From positions 1,940,247 through 2,004,246 of the forward strand of contig CM082594.2 in NCBI GenBank assembly GCA_040954595.2: a stretch of 64,000 nt of DNA, in the 5' to 3' direction. Below the pieces are notes generated by a model that made no database searches, had not been told where the DNA came from, and was given only the letters and a program-made list of their open reading frames with translations. The translations under genes were made by a program, and so were the position numbers. Below are positions 1 through 9,228 of this stretch, piece by piece. How positions within the stretch are numbered: the first letter of the stretch is position 1; each line of letters starts with the position of its first letter. This DNA comes from Balanoglossus misakiensis (Eukaryota; Animalia; Hemichordata).

Positions 1-570
1 GCCGATCGACCGTCCCTATCTAAGGCCTATATTGGTATGTTATGCAAGACACACTATTCGAAATAACGCCTGTCCGACAGTCCGAGACTGGTTGTTTTTC
101 CATCAGACTGATAGTAAAAAAGTTACCAGTCCGGCGGACAGGTTGAATTTAGCGTGGAGTTGACTTGTTTGCGGTATCATAGACGTACGTGACCCCATCG
201 TGACCCTGGCTGTCCGGGATAGCACCACCAACGATATCTTTTAGACCATCCTCTGTTTATTAGGCCCCTATTGCAATTAATTACCGTCCCTATCTTATAT
301 TGGAGGGAACGGGTTTGTCTTGGCATGTTATGCAAAACACTTGAAAGATGAATTTTGTTTTTAAAAAATGACGTTTATGACATACAGATGTAACCGACCC
401 CATAGGGTCCCAATGGTATATTAACATCATACACCAAATTGGACTTAAAAACCAAAAATTGAAAGCCGCTGGAGTTTCTGCGACTATGAACTCACGTAAG
501 CTGGACACTACTCACTCCGAGCCCGACCTGGTAATTTGTATGTTGTCCATCGAGCGCCTATAGCTTAGAG

Positions 571-590
571 TTAGGTTAGGTTAGGTTAGG
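571..590 (-). repeat. (CCTAA)4 3' tail of the LINE (TTAGG x4 on + strand)
   Basis: ttaggttaggttaggttagg seen directly. CR1-clade elements end in short microsatellite tails. Confidence 0.9.
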
Positions 591-595
591 CAGGT

Positions 596-629
596 ACTGA
601 ACGCAGGCTTGTGAGCCTCTATATTCAGC
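596..629 (-). promoter_or_regulatory. LINE 3'UTR stem-loop (putative RT recognition signal)
   Basis: Minus strand gCTGAAtatagAGGCtcacaaGCCTgcgTTCAGt forms nested stems just before the tail, as in CR1/L2 3' ends. Confidence 0.6.
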
Positions 630-635
630 TCCATA

Positions 636-3614
636 TCATTCCATTGTGGAGGTAGTTTTGTCCGATCTGGTTTGCATGATGTAGGGTTCGGAGTAGTTGT
701 ATTTCATTGGCTGTGTTGCCAGAAAAATGTCAAGACGATTCTTGAAGGTGTTCACAGAGTTTGCGGTGACAACTTGGGCTGGTAGGTTGTTCCAGATTGC
801 AGCTATCCTATTTGTGAAAAAATTTCTTCTAGTGTTCAGTTTGCAGTGTCCTATGTCAACTTTCAGCGGATGACCTCTGGTGTGTTTGTGCGAACTGAGA
901 CGGAATAGTCCTTCCGATACTCGGCAGTCATAAACGCCACTCAAGATTTTAAAAGTTTCAATGAGGTCGCCACGTAGTCTTCGATATGAAAGTGATGGTA
1001 GATCAAGTAACTTGAGACGTTCTTCATAAGAAATATTTTTGAGTCCGGGCAGCAGTTTAGTTGCTCTGCGTTGAACGTTCTCAATACAGTCAATATCCTT
1101 TGCTTTATGCGGATTCCACACACAACCGCCATATTCCAGAATAGGGCGAACTAAAGCTATAAATAGTAGCTTGAAAATGTCGTTATTGAGATAGTTAAAA
1201 GTTCTCCTGATGAGTCCAACAATTTTATTGGCTTTGTTCACTTGGGTTTGGATGTGCTTCTCAAAATTTAGGTTACTGTCCACTATGACGCCAATGTCTT
1301 TTTCATACTTAACAATTTCTAAAGTGGTATTTGTTCCATCTGGACGGCACATATTGTAAGAAGTAGTATTTGTTGACTTATTTTTGCTATGAATTGGTAA
1401 AACTTTGCACTTGTCAGGGTGAAATTTAAGCAGCCAATCGTTGCTCCAATGGGAAAGACGAGATAAGTCACTCTGAATTTGTGATGAGTCAGCAGCTGTC
1501 TTGATCACATTGTAGATTTTTGTGTCGTCAGCAAATAAATATACATTGGATGCTACACAATCAGGTAGATCGTTAATGAAAATAACAAATAGGATGGGTC
1601 CGAGTACAGATCCTTGCGGGACACCACTAATAACATGGTGCCACGAGGAAAATTGGCCATTCACACAAACACGTTGACTGCGGTTTCTCAAGAACTCCTG
1701 AATCCAGTTGCAGGTTGTGGGGCTAATACCGTAATGGGTTAACTTGACAAGGAGACGTTTATGAGAAACCTTATCAAATGCCTTCATAAAATCCATATAC
1801 ACAGCGTTTATTATACCACCATCGTCAAGAATACTGGTCCAGTGATCCAGGACTTTGAGAAGTTGTAATGTAGTTGATCTACCACTTATGAAACCAAACT
1901 GCTTGTTACTGAATAGATCATGTTTATCCATATGCGAGACGATTTTCTTTCGAACAAGTTTCTCCATTGTCTTACAAATGATACTGGTCAAGCTGATAGG
2001 TCTGTAATTAGACGGAGATTTCTTGTTTCCCTTCTTGAAGAGCGCTGATATTTGAGCTTCTTTCCAAGCTTTCGGTACAACACCAGAAAAGAAGGATTTG
2101 TTGAAAATAATAGTAAGTGGTAAATCAATAATGTAAGCAAGTGCATTCAAAATTTTGGGATGAACTCCATCAGGGCCAGGAGATTTTGTCACATCAAGAT
2201 GCAGAAGGAATTTCCTTACTTCTAACTTTGTAAAAGGACTGTCACTGGAGATGATGTCTTCGTGGTTGCCGTTGAGAACTGGAAAATTGTCAATGCTCTC
2301 GTCTTCAGAGGAGAAAACACTGCTGAAGAAGTTGGCCAGAAATTCTGCTTTCTCTTTATCACTATTTGCAGTGAGCAGCTGCCCATTTTCAGTAACTTGA
2401 AGCTCTGAGATTCCTGATTTTACTTTCCTCTTTGAGTTGACGTAGTGCCAGAAGATTTTACAGTTAGTTTTGGTAGATTCCGCTATACTTTTCTCACGTG
2501 CTTTTCTGTCGTTCTTGACAATGCTCTTCAGTTTATTCCTGGCCTTGCAGTATTCACGGTATTTCACAGGGTCTCTAGATTCCATATATCTTTTCCAAAG
2601 CCTATGTTTCCGTTTTATACATTTCACAGTTTTTGGGTCCAATGGCGGACGATCCTTGTAGGCATTAAGTCGGTATGACTTTACAGGAACATTCTTCTTC
2701 ATAGTGGCATTCCACACTTCCATGAATAAATCATATGCATCGTCAGTAGTTTTGTTCTGTAGTAAGTGCTCCCAGTCTATGGACAGATCAGTTTTAATTC
2801 CCATTATATCAGCTTTTGAGTAGTTGTAACGCGTGGTAGATGCGGAGTTATTTATGGTATAACACTTGACATCAAAGCGCAGCACACAGTGGTCGCTAGA
2901 TCCCAGTGGACTGTCGTGTTCAATGGAAGTGATGCAATTTTCATCGTTGACAATTAATAGGTCTAGAATGGATGGCTCCTGATTTACTCTGGTCCTGGTT
3001 GGTTCAGTGATCATCTGCTGAACATAACAATCCCGCAAGCATTCGAGAAACAATTCACTATTTTTGCATTTTGCAGTCCAGGACGACCAGTCAATGTCAG
3101 GGTAATTAAAGTCACCTGTGATGATTAAATGAGTGAAATTGGCACTATCATTGCAAATCGACTTCAGCATATCACAAAGATGGCTATGATTGACTTCTGA
3201 GGATGAAGGGCTTCTGTAAACGCAGCCAATTAAAAGTTTATCAGCATCTTTTAAGTCAATTTTAATCCACACACATTCTTCAAAAGCAGAATGAAATTCA
3301 ACAAGTTGAGCGTTCAGCTTCTTCTTGGCATAGATTAAGATTCCACGTTTTGCTTTGCTGGGAAAGTCATTTGGGAATAGCTCATAATTTTCAAAAGCAA
3401 GTTCAGATGGGTTGATTGTATAACGCAAGTTCTTGGGTAAGACTTCACTGATGGCAATAATATCTGGTGCTGTTGCATCATTGTTGTTAATGTAGCGTTG
3501 TAAGAGTTCATCAAATTTATTAGGTAGACTGTCAGCATTAGTATAAATAACATGTAAGTCCTGTCCATTAAGACTATGTACACTCCTATTTACAGCGTTT
3601 TTTTCTTCGTTCAC
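636..3614 (-). CDS. LINE ORF2: AP-like endonuclease + reverse transcriptase (CR1 type)
   Basis: 992-codon uninterrupted ORF. APE motifs YTNADSL, ISE, GCVYRSPSS, GDFNYPDIDW, SDH. RT motifs YRPISLTS, DFMKAFDKV, GVPQGSVLGP, YLFADDTK. CR1-like C-terminus IENVQRRATK. Starts at GTG; there is no ATG before the APE domain. Confidence 0.95.
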   Translation of the reverse strand: MNEEKNAVNRSVHSLNGQDLHVIYTNADSLPNKFDELLQRYINNNDATAPDIIAISEVLPKNLRYTINPSELAFENYELFPNDFPSKAKRGILIYAKKKLNAQLVEFHSAFEECVWIKIDLKDADKLLIGCVYRSPSSSEVNHSHLCDMLKSICNDSANFTHLIITGDFNYPDIDWSSWTAKCKNSELFLECLRDCYVQQMITEPTRTRVNQEPSILDLLIVNDENCITSIEHDSPLGSSDHCVLRFDVKCYTINNSASTTRYNYSKADIMGIKTDLSIDWEHLLQNKTTDDAYDLFMEVWNATMKKNVPVKSYRLNAYKDRPPLDPKTVKCIKRKHRLWKRYMESRDPVKYREYCKARNKLKSIVKNDRKAREKSIAESTKTNCKIFWHYVNSKRKVKSGISELQVTENGQLLTANSDKEKAEFLANFFSSVFSSEDESIDNFPVLNGNHEDIISSDSPFTKLEVRKFLLHLDVTKSPGPDGVHPKILNALAYIIDLPLTIIFNKSFFSGVVPKAWKEAQISALFKKGNKKSPSNYRPISLTSIICKTMEKLVRKKIVSHMDKHDLFSNKQFGFISGRSTTLQLLKVLDHWTSILDDGGIINAVYMDFMKAFDKVSHKRLLVKLTHYGISPTTCNWIQEFLRNRSQRVCVNGQFSSWHHVISGVPQGSVLGPILFVIFINDLPDCVASNVYLFADDTKIYNVIKTAADSSQIQSDLSRLSHWSNDWLLKFHPDKCKVLPIHSKNKSTNTTSYNMCRPDGTNTTLEIVKYEKDIGVIVDSNLNFEKHIQTQVNKANKIVGLIRRTFNYLNNDIFKLLFIALVRPILEYGGCVWNPHKAKDIDCIENVQRRATKLLPGLKNISYEERLKLLDLPSLSYRRLRGDLIETFKILSGVYDCRVSEGLFRLSSHKHTRGHPLKVDIGHCKLNTRRNFFTNRIAAIWNNLPAQVVTANSVNTFKNRLDIFLATQPMKYNYSEPYIMQTRSDKTTSTME

Positions 3615-3616
3615 AA

Positions 3617-4570
3617 TTACTTTCCTTTGACTTTGATGATTTTTCTTTCCCAGGGTGGTCCCCTCACCAGGAAACGGAAGTCCCCCGATGATTTTTCATT
3701 CAGTTCTCTTGCCTCCGCCAGTAGTTTTTTGTTTGTTTCACGTTCTTCCTTTGTCATGTCATGGGTGACTGATATTTTTTTGAAAAGGCTACCAGAGGGA
3801 ACCTCTCGTAGCTTGGGAAGACATTTCATGAAACGCTTTTTTGCAGATACATCAGACATGCAGACTTTGATAGGTCTGGGCCTGCTAGAGACCAGTTCAG
3901 GTGAATTGCTGATTTTGCCAATTCGGACTACATTCTGTATTTGTGTGGTGTCAGCTTCTATCACATCTGCAAATTCACGAAGTACCTTAGTATCTGCCAT
4001 TTTTCTTCCGGCTGGATCAGGATTTATCTGCTCGGGAACACCGTAGATAATCAAATTCTTCTCTCTATCTGTGCTCTCTCTAAGTTCCTGTACTTTCTTT
4101 TTCACCGACTCATCGATGTTGCCAAATGAGTTGGCATTTGCGGGTCCTTCAACATTAATGTACTCTTTTATAACTGCTTTCACTTTGTCTTCATCGACTT
4201 TGGTCTTCATACTGATTTCTAGATTGGTGATTCTGTCTTCCATTGATTTTAGAAATGCTGTACAGCGTGCTTCTACTTCACTGTCAGTTCGAATGTTTTT
4301 CATCACCTTCTCTTCGCAAGAGCAACAGAACCAATGAAGCACGGGATTTTTAAACATTTCATAGTCGTTAGCGGACAGTTCCAAACATTCCCGACAGAAG
4401 TTCTTCGAGCAATATTCACATTGCACAATTTCCGCGTTGGCGTCAGGAAATTTTTCTGTACATACTTCACAAGTCCATACCTCTTGGTCCTGGCGCAGTT
4501 ATCTAGCTGTCTGTCTTTTGGTGAGAGAGTTTGAACGCGGCCTGGCTCCTGAAGGTTTCGGTCCTGGCAT
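3617..4570 (-). pseudogene. LINE ORF1 (PHD-like zinc finger + coiled coil + RRM-like region) with one in-frame stop at codon 24
   Basis: ATG at 4570 is in frame with the 269-aa ORF (3617-4426) but is interrupted by TAA at 4499-4501. Reads MPGPK...QTAR*LRQDQEVWTCEVC...QCEYC...FCREC...WFCCSC, then NLIIYGVPE, RIGK, RPRPIKV, HDMT, typical of CR1/L2 ORF1. Confidence 0.85.
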
Positions 4571-4972
4571 TGTGAATGCCACTAGTGAAAGTTCCAATAT
4601 GGCGTCCAAGCACTACACCGGCAAGGCGACCGACGGAAAACAAGAATCACACCAACCTCTCAGAATTACCACCACAGTAACTAGAAACGGCACACAGCAG
4701 GCGACGAACTTCTAAACGACACGATGACCGGTGATTACGACGGCAAAAGAATTATAACGCAAAAAAAAACAACTAAACAATCTCAGCACATCTAAGCTCG
4801 CTGCTGGTCATAAACCGGAGAGAGTTATACAGGAGAGAACGGTTTATGAAGTTATGTTCAACAAAAATATATGATCATGGAATTAAAGAATTTGGAGAAA
4901 AAAATATAATTAAAAATGGACGTTTACGACGACAAAAAGGAAGACTGTTTAATGCAAAAGTTAAGAAACAGG

Positions 4973-4977
4973 AAAAA
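4973..4977 (-). terminator. Pol III T5 terminator (representative; present in each intact unit)
   Basis: Minus strand ...GGCTT-GAA-TTTTT, 3 nt after the 5S 3' end. Confidence 0.8.
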
Positions 4978-4980
4978 TTC

Positions 4981-5100
4981 AAGCCTACGGCACGTGGTAT
5001 TCCCAGGCGGTCACCAATCCAAGTACTAACCACGCCCAACGCAGCTTAACTTCGGTGATCGGACGAGAACCGGTGTATTCGACGTGGTATGGCCGTAGGC
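4981..5100 (-). rRNA. 5S rRNA: 5S rRNA gene (G85T variant)
   Basis: Reverse complement is GCCTACGGCCATACCACG...GATCACCGAAGTTAAGC...AGTACTTGGATtGGTGACCGCCTGGGAATACC...GTAGGCTT, 120 nt. Confidence 0.96.
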
Positions 5101-5124
5101 AAACACTGCTTGAATTTCTACGAT

Positions 5125-5130
5125 TATTAA
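5125..5130 (-). promoter_or_regulatory. TATA-like element at -30..-25 of 5S (representative)
   Basis: Minus-strand TTAATA exactly 25-30 nt upstream of the 5S start, the usual position in metazoan 5S genes. Confidence 0.55.
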
Positions 5131-6021
5131 GCAAACGGAAGCTTCACTAACACATAGGCGTACACACAGAGCACGCGGCACGATAATTGTGTGCGTGGCC
5201 AGCTGATTGACCGACCCGATCTTATAATTTATATGGGAGAGAGCGGTTTTGTCTTGTTATATCCTACAAAAAGTGACCATATTAAAGTGGAGAAATAATG
5301 ACCTGATAATTTGTGTGGCCGATCGACCGTCCCTATCTAAGGCCTATATTGGTATGTTATGCAAGACACACTATTCGAAATAACGCCTGTCCGACAGTCC
5401 GAGACTGGTTGTTTTTCCATCAGACTGATAGTAAAAAAGTTACCAGTCCGGCGGACAGGTTGAATTTAGCGTGGAGTTGACTTGTTTGCGGTATCATAGA
5501 CGTACGTGACCCCATCGTGACCCTGGCTGTCCGGGATAGCACCACCAACGATATCTTTTAGACCATCCTCTGTTTATTAGGCCCCTATTGCAATTAATTA
5601 CCGTCCCTATCTTATATTGGAGGGAACGGGTTTGTCTTGGCATGTTATGCAAAACACTTGAAAGATGAATTTTGTTTTAAAAAAATGACGTTTATGACAT
5701 ACAGATGTAACCGACCGCATAGGGTCCCAATGGTATATTAACATCATACACCAAATTGGACTTAAAAACCAAAAATTGAAAGCCGCTGGAGTTTCTGCGA
5801 CTATGAACTCACGTAAGCTGGACACTACTCACTCCGAGCCCCCATCGAGCGCCTATAGCTTAGAGTTATACAGGAGAGAACGGTTTATGAAGTTATGTTC
5901 AACAAAAATATATGATCATGGAATTAAAGAATTTGGAGAAAAAAAATATAATTAAAATGGACGTTTACGACGACAAAAAGGAAGACTGTTTAATGCAAAA
6001 GTTAAGAAACAGGAAAAATTC

Positions 6022-6141
6022 AAGCCTACGGCACGTGGTATTCCCAGGCGGTCACCCATCCAAGTACTAACCACGCCCAACGCAGCTTAACTTCGGTGAT
6101 CGGACGAGAACCGGTGTATTCGACGTGGTATGGCCGTAGGC
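6022..6141 (-). rRNA. 5S rRNA: 5S rRNA gene
   Basis: Consensus 120-nt copy. Confidence 0.97.
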
Positions 6142-7085
6142 AAACACTGCTTGAATTTCTACGATTATTAAGCAAACGGAAGCTTCACTAACACATAGGC
6201 GTACACACAGAGCACGCGGCACGATAATTGTGTGCGTGGCCAGCTGATTGACCGACCCGATCTTATAATTTATATGGGAGAGAGCGGTTTTGTCTTGTTA
6301 TATCCTACAAAAAGTGACCATATTAAAGTGGAGAAATAATGACCTGATAATTTGTGTGGCCGATCGACCGTCCCTATCTAAGGCCTATATTGGTATGTTA
6401 TGCAAGACACACTATTCGAAATAACGCCTGTCCGACAGTCCGAGACTGGTTGTTTTTCCATCAGACTGATAGTAAAAAAGTTACCAGTCCGGCGGACAGG
6501 TTGAATTTAGCGTGGAGTTGACTTGTTTGCGGTATCATAGACGTACGTGACCCCATCGTGACCCTGGCTGTCCGGGATAGCACCACCAACGATATCTTTT
6601 AGACCATCCTCTGTTTATTAGGCCCCTATTGCAATTAATTACCGTCCCTATCTTATATTGGAGGGAACGGGTTTGTCTTGGCATGTTATGCAAAACACTT
6701 GAAAGATGAATTTTGTTTTAAAAAAATGACGTTTATGACATACAGATGTAACCGACCCCATAGGGTCCCAATTGTATATTAACATCATACACTAAATTGG
6801 ACTTAAAAACCAAAAATTGAAAGCCGCTGGAGTTTCTGCGACTATGAACTCACGTAAGCTGGACACTACTCACTCCGAGCCCGACCTGGTAATTTGTATG
6901 TTGTCCATCGAGCGCCTATAGCTTAGAGTTATACAGGAGAGAACGGTTTATGAAGTTATGTTCAACAAAAATATATGATCATGGAATTAAAGAATTTGGA
7001 GAAAAAAAATATAATTAAAAATGGACGTTTACGACGACAAAAAGGAAGACTGTTTAATGCAAAAGTTAAGAAACAGGAAAAATTC

Positions 7086-7205
7086 AAGCCTACGGCACGT
7101 GGTATTCCCAGGCGGTCACCCATCCAAGTACTAACCACGCCCAACGCAGCTTAACTTCGGTGATCGGACGAGAACCGGTGTATTCGACGTGGTATGGCCG
7201 TAGGC
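7086..7205 (-). rRNA. 5S rRNA: 5S rRNA gene
   Basis: Consensus copy; upstream spacer has a 105-bp deletion. Confidence 0.97.
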
Positions 7206-8044
7206 AAACACTGCTTGAATTTCTACGATTATTAAGGAGAGAGCGGTTTTGTCTTGTTATATCCTACAAAAAGTGACCATATTAAAGTGGAGAAATAATG
7301 ACCTGATAATTTGTGTGGCCGATCGACCGTCCCTATCTAAGGCCTATATTGGTATGTTATGCAAGACACACTATTCGAAATAACGCCTGTCCGACAGTCC
7401 GAGACTGGTTGTTTTTCCATCAGACTGATAGTAAAAAAGTTACCAGTCCGGCGGACAGGTTGAATTTAGCGTGGAGTTGACTTGTTTGCGGTATCATAGA
7501 CGTACGTGACCCCATCGTGACCCTGGCTGTCCGGGATAGCACCACCAACGATATCTTTTAGACCATCCTCTGTTTATTAGGCCCCTATTGCAATTAATTA
7601 CCGTCCCTATCTTATATTGGAGGGAACGGGTTTGTCTTGGCATGTTATGCAAAACACTTGAAAGATGAATTTTTTTTTGAAAAAATGACGTTTATGACAT
7701 ACAGCTGTAACCGACCCCATAGGGTCCCAATGGTATATTAACATCATACACCAAATTGGACTTAAAAACCAAAAATTGAAAGCCGCTGGAGTTTCTGCGA
7801 CTATGAACTCACGTAAGCTGGACACTACTCACTCCGAGCCCGACCTGGTAATTTGTATGTTGTCCATCGAGCGCCTATAGCTTAGAGTTATACAGGAGAG
7901 AACGGTTTATGAAGTTATGTTCAACAAAAATATATGATCATGGAATTAAAGAATTTGGAGAAAAAAAATATAATTAAAAATGGACGTTTACGACGACAAA
8001 AAGGAAGACTGTTTAATGCAAAAGTTAAGAAACAGGAAAAATTC

Positions 8045-8164
8045 AAGCCTACGGCACGTGGTATTCCCAGGCGGTCACCCATCCAAGTACTAACCACGCC
8101 CAACGCAGCTTAACTTCGGTGATCGGACGAGAACCGGTGTATTCGACGTGGTATGGCCGTAGGC
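8045..8164 (-). rRNA. 5S rRNA: 5S rRNA gene
   Basis: Consensus copy. Confidence 0.97.
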
Positions 8165-8449
8165 AAACACTGCTTGAATTTCTACGATTATTAAGCAAAC
8201 GGAAGCTTCACTAACACATAGGCGTACACACAGAGCACGCGGCACGATAATTGTGTGCGTGGCCAGCTGATTGACCGACCCGATCTTATAATTTATATGG
8301 GAGAGAGCGGTTTTGTCTTGTTATATCCTACAAAAAGTGACCATATTAAAGTGGAGAAATAATGACCTGATAATTTGTGTGGCCGATCGACCGTCCCTAT
8401 CTAAGGCCTATATTGGTATGTTATGCAAGACACACTATTCGAAATAACG

Positions 8450-8523
8450 CCTGTCCGACAGTCCGAGACTGGTTGTTTTTCCATCAGACTGATAGTAAAA
8501 AAGTTACCAGTCCGGCGGACAGG
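8450..8523. other. 74-nt imperfect hairpin in the 5S spacer (representative; present in every unit, e.g. 69-142)
   Basis: Nested inverted arms cctgtccg/cggacagg, gactggt/accagtc, ttttt/aaaaa and atcag/ctgat. Confidence 0.75.
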
Positions 8524-9108
8524 TTGAATTTAGCGTGGAGTTGACTTGTTTGCGGTATCATAGACGTACGTGACCCCATCGTGACCCTGGCTGTCCGGGA
8601 TAGCACCACCAACGATATCTTTTAGACCATCCTCTGTTTATTAGGCCCCTATTGCAATTAATTACCGTCCCTATCTTATATTGGAGGGAACGGGTTTGTC
8701 TTGGCATGTTATGCAAAACACTTGAAAGATGAATTTTGTTTTAAAAAAATGACGTTTATGACATACAGATGTAACCGACCCCATAGGGTCCCAATGGTAT
8801 ATTAACATCATACACCAAATTGGACTTAAAAACCAAAAATTGAAAGCCGCTGGAGTTTCTGCGACTATGAACTCACGTAAGCTGGACACTACTCACTCCG
8901 AGCCCGACCTGGTAATTTGTATGTTGTCCATCGAGCGCCTATAGCTTAGAGTTATACAGGAGAGAACGGTTTATGAAGTTATGTTCAACAAAAATATATG
9001 ATCATGGAATTAAAGAATTTGGAGAAAAAAAATATAATTAAAAATGGACGTTTACGACGGCAAAAAGGAAGACTGTTTAATGCAAAAGTTAAGAAACAGG
9101 AAAAATTC

Positions 9109-9228
9109 AAGCCTACGGCACGTGGTATTCCTAGGCGGTCACCCATCCAAGTACTAACCACGCCCAACGTAGCTTAACTTCAGTGATCGGACGAGAACCG
9201 GTGTATTCGACGTGGTATGGCCGTAGGC
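9109..9228 (-). rRNA. 5S rRNA: 5S rRNA gene (3 substitutions)
   Basis: 120-nt copy with cctagg, aacgtagc and cagtgatc variants on the + strand. Confidence 0.93.

Larger units (their letters stand above)
574..4820 (-). mobile_element. Apparently full-length CR1-clade non-LTR retrotransposon inserted in the 5S spacer
   Basis: Empty site is tagcttAGAGTTAtacagg. AGAGTTA flanks the insert at 567-573 and 4821-4827. Layout is 5'UTR, ORF1, ORF2, short 3'UTR and a (CCTAA)n tail. Confidence 0.95.

Noticed and set aside
571-590. True telomere or chromosome-fusion scar
   Set aside because: Only four repeats, located exactly at the LINE 3' end within a TSD-bounded insertion.
4981-5100. Assigning the host taxon from the 5S sequence
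   Set aside because: It looks like an invertebrate metazoan 5S, but a phylum cannot be assigned reliably without a database search.
8364-8400. Sm-site-like ATAATTTGTG suggesting an SL RNA or U snRNA linked to 5S
   Set aside because: No U1, U2, U5 or U6 signature sequence, and no convincing leader/donor plus stem-loops. The motif belongs to the degenerate spacer sub-repeat. An Infernal scan would settle it.
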